Below are positions 24,670 through 39,015 of a DNA stretch of 64,000 bases, piece after piece. Source of the DNA: the human T2T-CHM13v2.0 reference genome, Homo sapiens. The position numbers and the translations under genes were made by a program. A model generated the notes under the pieces. That model ran no database searches and was not told the origin of the DNA. It saw only the letters and a list, made by a program, of their open reading frames with translations. Location of the stretch: NCBI RefSeq assembly GCF_009914755.1, contig NC_060940.1; one strand, written 5' to 3'. The stretch's first letter is position 1. Every line of letters begins with the position of its first letter.

Positions 24670-26100
24670 CACTGGTACAAAAACAGGCACACAGACCAAT
24701 GGAACAGAATGGAGAGCCCAAAAATAAGGCCACACATCTACAACCATCTGATCTTCAACAAAGCTGACAAAAACAAGCAATGGGGAAAAGACTCCCTATT
24801 CAATAAATGGTGCTGGGATAACCGGCTAGCCATATGCAGAAGACTGAGGCTGGATCCCTTCCTTACACCATATACAAAAATCAACTCAAGATGGATTAAA
24901 GACTTAAATGTAAAACCCCAAACTATAAAAACCTTAGAAGGCAACCTAGGCAATACCATCCTGGACATAGAACCAGGCAAAGATTTCATAACAAAGACAC
25001 CAAAAGCAATCAAAACAAAAGCAAAAATTGACAAGTGGGATCCATAATAATTAAACTTAAGAGCTTCTGCACAGCAAAAGAAACTATCGAGAGATAGCAA
25101 ATATGAAACTATCAAGAGATTCCTACAGAATGGAAGAGGAAATATGCAAACTATGCATCTGACAAAGGTCTAATATCCAGCATCTATAAGGAACTTAAAT
25201 TTACAAGAGAAAAACAAATAACCCCATTAAAAAGTGGGCAAAGTACATGAATAGACACTTCTCAAAAGAAGACATACATGTGGCCAACAAGCATATGAAA
25301 AAAAGCTCAATATCACTGATCATTAGAGAAATGCAAATCAAAACCACAATGAGATACCATCTCACACCAGTCAGAATGGCTATTACTAAAAAGTCAAAAA
25401 AAAAAACAGGAGATGGTTAGGTTGTAGAGAAAAGGGAACACTTATACACGGCTGGTGGGAGTGTAAATTACTTCGACCACCGTGGAAAGCAGTATGGTGA
25501 TTCCTCAAAGAGCTAAAAGCAGAACTACATTCGAACTAGCAATCCCATTACTGGGCATATACCCAGATGAATAAAAACCATTCTGCCACAAAGACACACG
25601 CATGCGAATGTTCACTGCAGCACTATTCACAATAGCAAAGACATGGAATCAACCTAAATGCCCATCAGTGACAGATAAGATAAAGAAAATGTGGTCCATA
25701 TACACCACGGAACGCTATGCAGCCATAAAAAAGAACGAGATCATGTCTTTTGTGGGAACACACATGGAGCTGGAGGCTATGATCCTCAGCAAACTAACGC
25801 AGGGACAGAAAACCAAATACTCACTTATAAAGTGCGAGCTAAATGATGAGAACTTATGAATACAAAGAAGGAAACAACAGAAACTGGGGTCTACTTGAGG
25901 GTAGAGGGTGGAGGGTGGTAGGAGGGAGAGGAGCAGAAAAGATAATTACTGGGCTCTGGACTTAACACCTGGGTGATGAAATAATATGTACAACAAACCC
26001 CCATGACACATGTTTACCTGTGTAACAAACCTTGACATGTACCCCCAAACCTAAAATAAAAGCTAAAAAAAAAAAGTTACCAAAAATAAATAAATAAAAA
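24670..26100 (+). mobile_element. 5'-truncated L1 (L1PB-like): ORF2 C-terminal remnant plus 3' UTR and A tail
   Basis: ORF2 peptides [55 protein letters not shown]; broken by stops and frameshifts. Confidence 0.95.
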
Positions 26101-29100
26101 TGCTCAGGATATTCAGAAAAAAAGAAAAAACTGAAAAAAGTGGGAAAAAAATAGAAAAACAAAAGAAGGACAGATTTACCCAAATACAATCTTTAAATGG
26201 TAGGATAATTGCTAGATGAAAAAGAAAAGTTTGCACTGATACATAACAAACTCGTCATGGTGGTTTATTAATTATTTATATAATTTAAAAGTGGTTTTTT
26301 AAACAAATTGCTAGACATTTCTGAGCCAGAAGCGAGGTGATTTCTCTAAGATGACTCTGGCTACTTAGGACTCTTATTCCTACCTTCAACTGGTTTGTTG
26401 GAAAATCCATGTACAATTTAGTATTTATAAAACTTTGCCAACTGCTATAATAATGGCAGCCACTGAAATTACGTTGTTAATGAAGTGTGGACCAGGAGCC
26501 AGAAGTGTAGCAGGAAACAGACACTAAACAGAAGTCAACGTCAGTCACCCGGGCCTCCCCAGGTCTAGGGAGCTTTCATGGACCTCTATGATCCAAACTA
26601 AAAGATCTTTGAAAACCGGCAGTGGGACAGAAGGTGTTTTTTATGAAAGGCTGGAGCTTTAAACTTTGCCTAAAATACTTGGCTTCCTCCAAATAGTGCC
26701 TGGATAAATTGGGGGTCGTCTTCAAGAGGAATTCTCTCTGAGGATAAGCTCTGAGTATACAGTAAGTTTAAAATGAAGAGCACAATCATTCCTGTAGTTA
26801 TTAGAGATTAGTCATATCAAGGCCTGTCCCCTTCTCCACCCGCAAAGAGAGCAATGACAAAAATACATGTCCAAACATGCCCTCAAAGACTTGTAGTTTT
26901 ACTTAGGCTTCAAAAATACACTGAAGCTCTTATAAGGGCTTTTGGTATGGAAAACAACCATCCTAAGTAAGTTTTTTAAAAGACTTTTTATGCTTTAAGA
27001 CTACAGCTAGTAAGCCATAAGTACAACTCATTACAATTTCAAATGGCAAGGGGTTAATTCTTGGAAGACCATGGTACAAGGGAAGCAACTGTGCGAGCTG
27101 AATTATCTCAAAACAAGGACTGTACCATGTGGAGGGCCTGGTTTCCAGATTTGTGTTCCTAAAGACTAGAATGCTGAAAGAAACAAAAGGCCCAAACTTA
27201 CACAAACCCCACATGCTCACAGACTGGCAACTCTAATTCCCAGGCACGCTGACTCACCAGGGTTTACTGCTCAGCTCCTGCTGCTGAGTGAGGCATGGGC
27301 ACCCAGCGAGATAAGAGGATTTCCTGGCCTCCATCTGACCCACCTACCCCAGGCCACTCACCCCGCCCCCACTGGACAGATGCTTCATCCTAGCAGCTTC
27401 CTCCAAATCCTGGCGCCAAGGCCTTCAGGTAGGGACAGAACAGATGGGGCTCCCAAAGAGGCCCTAATCCCATTGAGCCAACCAGCCCTCCATGTAAGAG
27501 TATCTTTTGACTACCTGACACAGCAGAACCAGCTGAAACCTGAAAGCTTTTAACATGACCAGCAGATGAAAAAAAGGAGAAGAAAATTAGTTTCAACAGA
27601 TGATCAATCAGCAAATGCCAGAAGGTTGGATCGTTCTTCCACTCTGGTCTCTTTCTTTGAAATGCCCCCATTCCATTGAGTGTTGAGGCGAGTGGTGGTC
27701 TAAACCCAGAAGAAAATATCTCCAGATCTGGTAAGTATGGTCCCCCGATTACTCTGATTACTGCCCAGTGGTCTACCTTCTTCTGTGTCTACCCCCTTCT
27801 CTGGGAAAATACTTTTGCTCTCCCAGAGCTTTCCCCAGGCTCCATCACAGTGCCCAGCCCCATGGCCCAGGCTGGCAGCACTTCAAGTGTTTTAAAGTTG
27901 AAGGTCTCCCGTAGACTCACTAGCTGATGGCTAACAGCTAATAATAGCAGTCATCAATTATTGAGCACTTGATACGGTGCCAGGCACTATGCTAAGCACT
28001 TTTGGGGACATGAACTCACATATACTCATCACAGCCTCATTTAAAAACAAGGAAACTGAGGCTGAGGAAAGTAAATTACCCATGATCACACATCTGGCTC
28101 AAGATACCATGACATTTACCCCTAGGCTAGATTGCTGAGCCCACCCCCAGCAAAGCATCTAGAGAGAACACATGACGGACCGGCCCCAAGTTCAGGAGTG
28201 ACACCACAGCAACCCCAGAGCAGCAAATCTCACCATCAGCCACTGGAGAGAGAACACATGGTCTGTGCTCGGTGCTCAAGAAGGATCTCCTACTCGCTGC
28301 CATGATCCAGGCAAGCACCATGCACCCAGGCTCAGCCCCACCAGACGTGGAAACGAGAATTAGTCCAGATGCCCTAAACGTGTGACGTTTTTGTCCACCA
28401 GCACAGTTAAAAGCTCCAGCTCTGAAAAGGACGCCCAACTGCGCCACTGGCTAATTGTTTGACCCTAATGGAAGCCTGAATTTCCTCAATCTGCAAAATG
28501 ATATCTGCCTGATAGAGCTCTTGAAAGGATTCAGTGAGGAACTGCAGATTAAAGGTACATGGCTTCAGAGAAAACACTTGATATGACAGCTGTTACTGTA
28601 TCAGTAGTAGTAGTAGCTCAGTAGTATCTGGTTAGCCTGTTGGAAGCCCCAACTTACCCCATCTGAACAATGGGCTCCAGGCCTCAGATTCCACAGGCCC
28701 AGCTGGCCAGGACTTCCTATCCCTGCACTGAGTCACTGGCCCAGGGCTTGTTCCAAAACCGATTATCTTGCCACAGCACTGATCCTACTCAAATACACCA
28801 CTACCCAGTAATGCTTGGAGGATCAGACTCTCCACAACACAGGATTTCCTTGTGATTGATCCTGAATAAAATCAAGCTGAGTATCTGCTGTGCCCAACGG
28901 ACAATGAATTGCTGGTTATGCCCAGTCCCTAACCTGGAGCAGGCTTTCAGCCAGTTCCAAACTCCTTCCCCTCTCCACTTAGTCCCAACTCTGTAGATCT
29001 CTGCAAAAGAAAGGATGTCTAGCTTTCCACTCAGTTACTAATTTAATGGAACTGCCTTCCCAGTTGGTCCTCCTCCCCATCACTGCCACCTCTGAAGTGG

Positions 29101-32100
29101 ACAGCCTCAGCACAATCTGGACATCCCAGCACCAAATTTTCAACAGCAACAGAGCATTATTAGTCCTGAATATCATTTGGTATTTGTTAATACATTAAGA
29201 AAGCTATATATAAATGTAGCTCTGTGAAGCAATTACCCCCATTTTACAGGAAACTAAACACAGACAAACTGAGGTCAAGGAGTCTATTTAGGAATGGAGG
29301 AAACAGAAGCGCAGTGATGAAGAGGATGAGCTCAGACAAACCAAGACAAACCATTGCCATTGCCATGGCAATCTCACCAAATAATGGGAACTGTCCGCAT
29401 GGAACTTTAAATCGAGGCAGTTGTACCTCAAAGCACTATTGGGTAGAATAAATAACGCAGGTAAATGCTCTGCTCAATACCTGACTCACAGAAAGCATTT
29501 GGTTGGTGTTAGCCTCTATAATAGTTATAATTATTGTCACAACTTTGGTGACAGAATCGTCTCCCTTCTCCTAGAACAGTGCTCTTTTCAGGAGCCAGCC
29601 CAGATCTCCCATAGCGATTCAGGTCTGCTCACAATAAGTGACCATTCTCCTGCATTAGCAAGGGACACAAATGGGTTGAATGGAGCCAGAGACAAGGAGG
29701 GATGTGGAGAAAGAAAAGGCAGAAGAAAGAAGGAAAAAAAAAACCCATGCACTGGGGAAACCAACTTCTAGGCTTTTTTTCTTTTCTACTTATAGCTTTG
29801 AGTGTTTACCTGAAAGACCAAAGACAGCAGCTCTGCTCAGCTTCTGCTGGACCAAGATCAGCCTCCAGCTTCTCTCCCTCAGTCTCAGCCCAGCTGCTCT
29901 GCCTCTCCCTCCCTCCTCTGCACATCAGCCTCCAGACTCTTTCCTCCCCTGTGCCAGCGCTGGCCGCTGTTCCTGGGGATGGGCTTGGCTGGCTGCCTGG
30001 TCCTAGGCCTGGAGCGGCCACTGCTGAGCCCAAAGGGCAATCCCAGAGGCTGCAGTCCCTGGGTTGCTCTAGCTCCAAAGAGGGATCAGGAAGTTGTTCC
30101 CATCTCCTAGGCAGATCATGAAATGACAACCAGGCAAGTCCCTGTCTTCTAGGGGCTTACTCTCAACTGTGTCTTACAGAACAGAACCACCACAGAGGAC
30201 AAACTCACACTGAGACTCTGTACAAATGCAGACAGGAGAAGGAGAGAGAAGTGTGAACTACTATTACGGAAAGAAAGGTAGGGAGGGACTGGGGACGTGA
30301 AATCAGTATCTGTGGAGCCTGGGGCTACATGCTTCATATTCATCATCACCTTCAAGCCTCCCAACAACCTCAAGAAAATAGTTGTTGCAGCTTTCATAGA
30401 TTAGGAAACAGGTCTCTTAACTACTAAGCAGTAAGGCTGGAAAATAAAACCAGTCTGCCAGACTTTCCATGGGCAAGTTTCAGAGAGAAGGCAGGTTTAA
30501 TTCTGGTCCTTAAATGTCTATAAGCATGAAATGGAAAGGAGGAGGGAGAGGGTTGATATGGTTGGCTCATGTTATTAATGTATATTAATAACAATATTGT
30601 AAAAATAATTACATATATTTATTGGCATGAATTATCACATGTAATCCACGACTCTATAAGGAAGACAATATAATCTTCATTTTACAGAGGGAGGAAGTGA
30701 ATAGAGCTTGAGGGAGGTAGCCTGAGGTCACACAGCCAATGGAGGAGAAGGATTCAAATCCAGGCAGTCTGACTCTAAACTCGCCACTTTCCATCACTGG
30801 TCTCACTACTGTTCTCTGCTATGATGTGTGCCAGGATATTCCCCTACCCCTAAGGAGGTCCTGGTGCCCCAAGAAGAAAATGTCCAACATCCTATCAATG
30901 CCTAAGTATATTCCTGAGGAACCAAGTCAATAGGAACAGAATACGCCCCCAGGAAGCCTTTGGTTCTGGTGTGAAATCCTCCTGAGCAATGTGCACTCTC
31001 GAGCAAGCCACTTAACCTCTCTGAGTTTCTGTGACACTGACATTAAAGTGAGAGGTCTGGGTTAGTCTTTCCAAGGTCTAATATTCTGGGACTACTTCAC
31101 CTTTTTTGGCATTCAGTGAGGCCAAAGTTCTAAATGTGCAACCCTCCTAAGGACAGGCACTTTGCCTCCTTGGTGAACAGATCTCACACTACTCCTTGCC
31201 CAAGACTATCAGAGTCAAAGAAAAAGCAGAAGTCCAAAAGCAGAGGGAAAGCAGGGCTACTCCAATCTGAACAACGAGGGATAGGAAACACCAGTTTTGC
31301 AGCCTTCCCTCTCCTTAATCATCTTAGTTTGATCTCTGGAGGGTCAGTAACAGGTCCAGACATGGAAAACAGACCCAAGTAAACTGCTGCAGCTCGCTGG
31401 GTCAGGAAGCCCACTCAGAGGAATGCATGTTGGCTACTACTAATGGACAGCCTGTCACCCAAGGAACAGACTTGTGAAATGAGGAGCTAAAAAACAGGAG
31501 GCAAATGCTGGCACCAAAAGTCAGTGTCAGCAAAGCACTTGAGATCTGCTCTGAGGCTTCCTTGACAGAAGGGACCAATCCATTCCACTCCTCCATTCTG
31601 TTCCCATCTAGAATCTATTCAGCAGCAAGAAACCACTGCCAGATGCTGGTGCTCCTACATATTAACAATATAAAAAGCCCATCTTTTCAACTTTCATCTA
31701 AATAGTTTGTAGAGCTAGCTGGGTGCAGCTTTTTATTTCTTCCTACATATGTCAGATACCCAAAGGCCAGAGAACATAAGTACATGAATTCCTCAGACAG
31801 CTTTTCTACAGCTGCCAGGGGCTGAGGCGGTTGTACTGGCACAGCCATCCTCCGGAGAGTCTCAAGGACCACAGGAGCCCCTTGATCCCACCTGGGAGCA
31901 AGACTCTGAATGACCTGAGAAAAAGACGGAATATGGCTGGTGTCCATTTGTAAACTACTTCCTAGAAAGTAAATGTGCAAAAATAACAAGGAAGACTGAG
32001 GGAACACTTTAAATGCACAGTTGCTGCTGCCACTTCCAACTTAAGACTTCAAAGATCACCTTTGGAGATTAGGTCTTACCCAGAGCTACTTGGGAGGGAA

Positions 32101-33750
32101 AGTTGATCCCTCTGCCAAAGCAAACGAGACCCGTCTGCTTCTATTTTCCAGCTTTTAAAAGACTTTTTGTCCTAAAATGTACAGCAGCAACAAGCAACAG
32201 CAGTTCCAGTTAGGGTTGGGGAGGAACCCATGACTTTTTACATCAACCAATCTCAAAAGTGCAAAAGAAAAGAGGGAGGAAGGAAGGGAGAAAGGGGGTA
32301 GGGAGGACAGAGAAAACTTTTAAAAAAGAAAACTGGCTATGTTTCTATAAAAATCATCTTAGGTCACATGACTAAGACCAGCCAGTTTAGCATAAAGTCA
32401 TTTCTTTTTGAAAGTGTTCTCAATGTCCCTCGCATTGCACCCTTTGAATTCACTACTAAGAATATATGTCCAGTTGAGGCCTCAGGACTGAAGCCAGTGT
32501 GGGCTGGCTAGAACAAATGCCTACTTGCCAAATACAGCCAAGCCAACACACGCACATACTATAAAGTTTCCAAATACCAAATAATGAACCATTTTTTTGG
32601 TCTCTGGGCTTCCAAACTGAGCTACATGTTTAATCCCACATAACTCAAAATAACCAAAAAAGGGCTATATCATTTCACTGACCCATACTTGAAATATTTT
32701 TTGCTGTCACTATTGATCTGGGCATTTCTAACTACCCACTTATGTGCAAGGGGGAGCATCATAAATGGGCACCAAATTTCTAGGTCATTCTTTGTTTTCA
32801 CACCAGCTTTTCCAGTGACTTTCCCTGTTTAAAACCAGAAAGCCATCCTGGATTTGTACTGAACCTTAACTCTAATAAAAACGGCATGCCTGCTGCACTC
32901 TTCATCTCCGTTATAAGCTTGCAGCTTGTTTTATTCCTTAGGATGGAGCCTCAGTAGAGCCCACTGAAAGTAAACCACTGATTAGCACTAATACCCTCCT
33001 TCCAGTCAGCATATGGTTATCAGCCACCCTGGAGGTTTACCTGATTGTAGCTGATTAGTCCTCAAAACACCCAATTACCACATCAACTGCTCATTTTTCA
33101 ATCACCTTCTGAGAACTTGGGAGTCAGCAACTCACTGAAAATTAGTGAACTGGAGATAAGGTTAGATTTTTGCATCTAAGTAAAAGGCAAGAAAGGAAAT
33201 TATGAAATGAGTCCAAAGACGACGAAGGAACACAACATACAGATGATAAATGACTGCATCCAAATGTCTTAAAGGGCACCTGGATGACCACAAATGTAGA
33301 TATGTGGTTTCGGGAGCCAAAGGCCTCTAAGTAGGCCTCAGGTTCACCACGTGGTAACCAATCAACCTCTTAATGTTTGCTAATTCTTAAAAAAAAAAAA
33401 AAAAATCTAAATCCATTAAGACCACATTTATCAGCTTTTTCCCCACGATGGAGGTTGACTGCTAATGCATAGCAGACAGGAAGAGGAAGAGGGACAGAAA
33501 AGATCCACACAATAAAAGAATTCCTGCTTTCAACCACATCAGTAACCTGGTCAGAAAAGTGAGGTCACTAGACTCTCTTTCCTGCTGGCAAATTCAAAAG
33601 TATTACATAATTATTTTGTGAAGTTTAGAAAGTACAGAGAGGCATAAAGAAAAAAAAAGCCAATCACTAATTTCACCACCTACGGTTAATATTTTGGAGT
33701 ATATCCTTTCAGTCTTGCTTCACTGCGAATCACATCAAAAAGGCTAACCA

Positions 33751-34055
33751 GGCTAGGCGCAGTGGCTCACGCCTGCAATCCCAGCACTTTGGGAGGCCAA
33801 GGCAGGTGGATCACGAGGTCAGGAGTTCAAGACCAGCCTGGCCAACATGGTGAAACCCCGTCTCTACTAAAAATACAAAAATTAGCTGGGCATGGTGGCA
33901 CATGCCTGTAATCCCAGCTACTTGGGAACCTGAGGCAGGAGAACTGCTTGAAGTGGGACCTGGGAGGCAGAGGTAGCAGTGAGGAAGACTGTGCCACTGC
34001 ACTCCAGCCTGGGCTACAGAGCGAGACTCTGTCTCAAAAAAAAAAAAAAAAACAA
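33751..34055 (+). mobile_element. Alu (AluS-like)
   Basis: Full dimer with poly(A); TSD ctaacca. Confidence 0.93.
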
Positions 34056-34539
34056 CTAACCAATCCAATGATCCAGTGATTCTGGCTCCAGGGATTTTAA
34101 GGAAGTGTTTTTAAATGATGGGGGAATGGGGAGAAAAGCAGCTTAATCCTAAAGACATCTTTCACTTATATCTAAATTTCCTCAATTTATTCTTTCAAAA
34201 GAAGATCAACTTCCTCCTCACACTCCCTCCAAGGAAAAGAAGAGGACAAAGATGATGACCATCTTAAGGTCTAATGAGTAACAGTCCCCTTATCAAAGGT
34301 TTAACATCAGGGGTAGAAGGGTCTGGCCCATGGATTGAGTGATTCACATTCCCAGGGAGCAAGAGGCTCATTCAAAAGAGAAATGTGGAATGCCTGGAAA
34401 TGGTCAATGGGCTGGATTTAGTGTGAAGACTAACATGGGCTGTCAAGCTGCAGACTGGGTCAAAGGACAGATTTGTAGCAGACGTGTCTGCCTTCCCAGC
34501 ATCCAGGCTCTTCATCAGGTGATTACCCAATTTTCACCA

Positions 34540-35026
34540 GCAGATCCTTTTCCCTCGCTCTCGGCCATATGGCTGGGTGGGGTTCATAAAGAACTATGGG
34601 ACTCAGCCCCACCAAGGCCTCACATGCCCCTGGCTTTAATGACTGGACCCAGGATATGCCCATGACAAGCCAGCCAGACAGAATCTCAACCCTGAAAATA
34701 CAGGAGGCTGGAGATGCTACCAGAAAGAGCTACCAGAGAAAATAAGAATGCCTAGGGGGTCACTGTGAGGATTAAATGGTCCCTGTTTATCACATGGGGC
34801 TCAGCTCAAATGCATGTAGAACCCAAAAATGAAATCACCAAGTGGAAAGCAGTATGAAGAGACAAAGGGAAACTGAATTTTGAAGGCATTATTTACACCC
34901 TGAATCCAACTGTTCCTAGAGTCAAGATCAAAGCCTGAACTTCACAGGTGTGAGCCAACAAACTCTCCTTTGCATAAGTTAGATATCAGGTTTTCTATCA
35001 CAACTGAAAGAGTCCCTACCAAGACA
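34540..35026 (+). mobile_element. MaLR LTR remnant (MLT1-type)
   Basis: 3' end gtgagccaacaaactctcc...caactgaaagagtccctaccaagaca resembles MLT1 termini. Confidence 0.6.
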
Positions 35027-36124
35027 CAGCTATGTCACTCAGATCTCTTCTATTCAGAGAGCAAAGAGAGAGAAGATCTAATTGCCAGATGTTCTGATTC
35101 ATGGTTCAGAACCAACTGACTAGGCCACAATTTCTAGTCGAATATATCATAGGACCCTTAGCTGAACAACAGGACCAATGATCCCAAGTTCATGAAAGCT
35201 GTCAAATTCCATTATAACTACGTGGACCAGTAGGATGCTATTTAAAAGATGGTATGACTAACTGGCTACAAGAATCTTTCCAATTGCAATTTTTACACCG
35301 TTAGACCTCCTTCAAGTAGATATGCCACAGAATACTTCAGGAGCTTTATTCTATTGTGTACATATTTGCTGTCATCATCTTGTTCCCAAAGAGGAACCCC
35401 GTCCCAGCATTCAGACACCATGTGAAAGGCTGAAAGCAAAAATCTCTCAGAAGTCTTTCTCTGTACAATAACATGATCAACCTTCCAGCTGAAACAGGTA
35501 TTTGATCTAAACCATATCCCATGAAACTGAAAGCCCAAATCTAACCTGAACTTGGCTACCCTCTTGGTTTCAATTCCTATCACTGAGACAATTTCTCTTT
35601 GATTTTACATGCCGAAGAGCCTATTAAGAAAGTGTTTAAGTTTCAAAGACTGACAGGAAATGCTCATGTTTGCACATCTTTATTTGAATACGTTCTCTGC
35701 AGGTTGAAACTTGAGGCCCCAAGGTTTAGGCTTTGATTTTTTTTTTTAAGTTACTTATTTTCACAAATGCTCATGTAGCATGAGGCCCCAGAGTACATTA
35801 ACATGTGCAAAGATAAGCAGGTAATTAAAAATGGAGCTCTATACCTGTTGGAAGGCACTGTGGTACTGCAAGCTTTGCAAAGTAAGACATCTGATGATTC
35901 GTTCCTGCCCACTTCCCACCCACATGACCTGCCAAAATTGCTGCCACCTAATGGCCACCACAATGCTGTCTATTAAAACCCTGCCCTAGCAGCTATGCCC
36001 TATTTTAAGAAACAACATAAAAAATTTATAAAATAAAGCAGCAGCACCATAAGTTCTTTCAGTCATCAATAAGTCTGAAGACTCAAAGACAACTATGGCC
36101 CCAGAATAAACTGCGTGCGCTCAT

Positions 36125-36125
<1 letters not shown>

Positions 36126-36171
<46 letters not shown>
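36126..36171. repeat. (CA)23 microsatellite
   Basis: Perfect dinucleotide run. Confidence 0.97.
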
Positions 36172-36173
<2 letters not shown>

Positions 36174-36494
36174 TGTTGCATCCAACAATAGGGGGTCCAT
36201 GAAATTACATGCAACTTTTCTGAATTGCGTTCAGTGTCTTGACTGTTCTGCAACCAACATTCAATTCTCTCACTCAAAAACCAGTTGCACAGATATTGCA
36301 GCTCCTTCAGCTGCTCCAGTATAGTCATGTGCCTTCCAGGAGGGAAAGTACATGCATTGGATGCAAAATGACTAGGTTTGTACAGCCCAGCTCTACCAAC
36401 TCTCTAGCTCACACTTAACCATATTCCATCTCAGTCTTCTCAGTTGAAAACGGGAACTAAAACAAATCACTGTGAACTAAATGACTATATGCAG

Positions 36495-38155
36495 AAGAAT
36501 AAAACTAGATCCCCTCTCTCACACTATATACAAAAATCAAATCAAAGTGGATTGAAGATTTAAATATAAGACATGAAACTATGAAACTACTAGAAGAAAA
36601 CACTGGGGAAATGATCTAGGACACTGGTCTGGGCAAAGATTTTTTGTGTAAGACCTTAAAAGCACAGGCAACCAAAGCAAAAAGAGACAAATGGGGTTAT
36701 ATCAAGCTAAAAAGCTTCTACACAGCAAAGTAAACAATCAACAATGTGAAGAGACAATCCACAGAATGGGAAAAAAAATCTGCAAACTATCCATCTGACG
36801 AGGGATTAACAGCCAGAATATATAAGGAGCTCAAACAACTTAATAGCAAAATAATAATAATAATAATCTGATTTTTATTTTATTTATTTATTTTTTTTGA
36901 GACAGAGTCTCACTCTGTCACCCACGCTGGAGTGCAGTGGCATGATCTCGGCTCACTGCAACCAATCACCTCCGAGGTTCAAGTGATTCTCTTGCCTTAG
37001 CCTCTCGAGTAGCTGGGATTACAGGCGCATGCCACCAGGCCCAGCTCATTTTTGTATTTTCAGTAGAGACAGTGTTTCACCATGTTGGCCAGGCTGGTCT
37101 CAAACTCCTGACCTCAGGTGATCCGCCTGCCTCAGCCTCCCAAAGTGCTGGGATTACAGGCTCGAGCCACTGTGCCCGACTCTAATCTGATTTTTAAATG
37201 GGCAAAAGATCTGAATAGATGTTTCTCAAAAGGAGACATGAAAATAGCCAGCAGGTATACGAAAAAATGCTCAACATCACTAATCATCACAGAAATGTAA
37301 ATAAAAGCCACAACGAAATATTATCTCACCCCAGTTAAAATGGTTATGAAAAAAAAAAAAAACAGAATAATGAATGGCAAGGATGTGGAAAAATGGGAAC
37401 CCTCGTATACTGTTGGTGGAAATGTTAATGAGTATAGCCACTATGGAAAACAGTATAAAGGGCCCTCAAAAAACTGAAAATAGAACTACTGTATGATCCA
37501 GCAATTGCACTACTAGGTATATGTGCAAAGGAAAGAAAATCAATATACTGGAGAGATCTGCACTCCCATGTTTATTGTAGCATTATTCACAATAGCCAAA
37601 ATATGGAATCCACCTGAGTGCCCATCCATGGATGAATGGATAAAGAAAATGTGGTACATATACACAATGGAATATTATTCAGCCATAAAAAAGTATGAAA
37701 CCCTGTCATAGGCAACACGGTTGGAACTAGAGGTCATTACGTTAAGTGAAATAAACCAAGCACAGAAAGACAAATAGCACATGTTCTCACTCATGTGTGA
37801 GCTAAAAAAGTGGATCTCAGGAAGAGAGAGACAGTTATCTTCTCTAGGTAGTTACCAGAGGCAGGGAAGGGGAGCGGGAGGGGAGATGAAAAGAAGTGGG
37901 TTAGTGGGTACAAACAGAAGTAAGACCTAGCGTTGGAAAAATCAGTAGGGTGACTCCAGTCAACAATAATCTAATGTACATTTCAAAATAGGTGGAAGAG
38001 AATAATTTAAATGATCCCGGCATAAAGAAAAGATAAATATTTAAGGTGATATAATATCCCAATTACCCTGATTTGATTTTTACACATAATGTGAATGTAT
38101 CATATTATCACATGTCTCAAAACTACATATATTATTTATCAATTAACAAAAAAAT
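36495..38155 (+). mobile_element. 5'-truncated L1 (L1MA-like), interrupted by an Alu
   Basis: ORF2 peptide TPMFIVALFTIAKIWNPPECPSMDEWIKKMWYIYTMEYYSAIKK and L1M 3' UTR. Confidence 0.92.
36870..37180 (-). mobile_element. Alu (AluS-like) inserted in L1
   Basis: Reverse Alu; TSD taatctgattttta. Confidence 0.93.
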
Positions 38156-38714
38156 GGGACTGAGTTCTGCGATGAAAAAAAAAAGGTCACGGTGAAGAAT
38201 AAATGGCTGCTTCATATGAGATGGGTCTCAGTTCACGTGCTGACATGTGTTCCATGTTCAACCAATCCAAATGCCACTTCCCTCTAATTCAGCACAACGC
38301 TGTTTTACTTCTTCACGGCACTTACAACTCTGTGAAATTCTAATTTGCTGACTTATTTATTGCCTGCTCCCTCTAATAGCAGGCATTTTACCTGCCTTAT
38401 TCGCCACTTTACCCTGTGCACCTAGGCTATGTGGCACATGGCACATTGATAAGTATCTGTAGAAGGAATAATAGTCACTGATACTGAGCACATGCTCTGT
38501 ACAAGGCTTTATTGCTTTAAATATATTAACTCGTGATTGAATAAATGCTGAATCTGAGATGTTTAGCACTTTCTCACACACAATTAATACTCAATAAATG
38601 GTAGCTATTTATACCAATTCAAATTATAGGATGATGTCAACAAACACTCAACAGGAAAGAGTAAAGGGAGTTGAGTCCTAAGAATGCAGAACTCAATTCA
38701 GTTCTCAAGAGCTG

Positions 38715-39015
38715 ATTTTTTCTTTTTAGAGACAGGATCTGGCTCTGTTGCCAGCCCAGAGTGCAGTGGTGCAATCATAACTCACTGTTAACTTCAAACT
38801 TCTGGGCTTAAACGATCCTCCCACCTTAGCCTCCCAAAGCAGCTAAGACTACAGGCACATGGTGCCACACCCAGCTACTTTTTTCATTTTTATTTTTGTA
38901 CAGACAGGGTCTTGCTATGTTGCCCAGGCTGGTCTCGAACTCCTGGGCTCAAGCAATCCTTCTGCCTCAGTCTCCCAAAGCACTTGGTTTATGGGTGTGA
39001 GCACTGGGCCCAGCC
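38715..39015 (-). mobile_element. Alu (AluJ-like)
   Basis: Diverged reverse Alu consensus. Confidence 0.88.

Noticed and set aside
24709-25859. ORFs with reverse-transcriptase-element similarity
   Set aside because: Fragments of a 5'-truncated L1 ORF2 with stops and frameshifts; not a functional gene.
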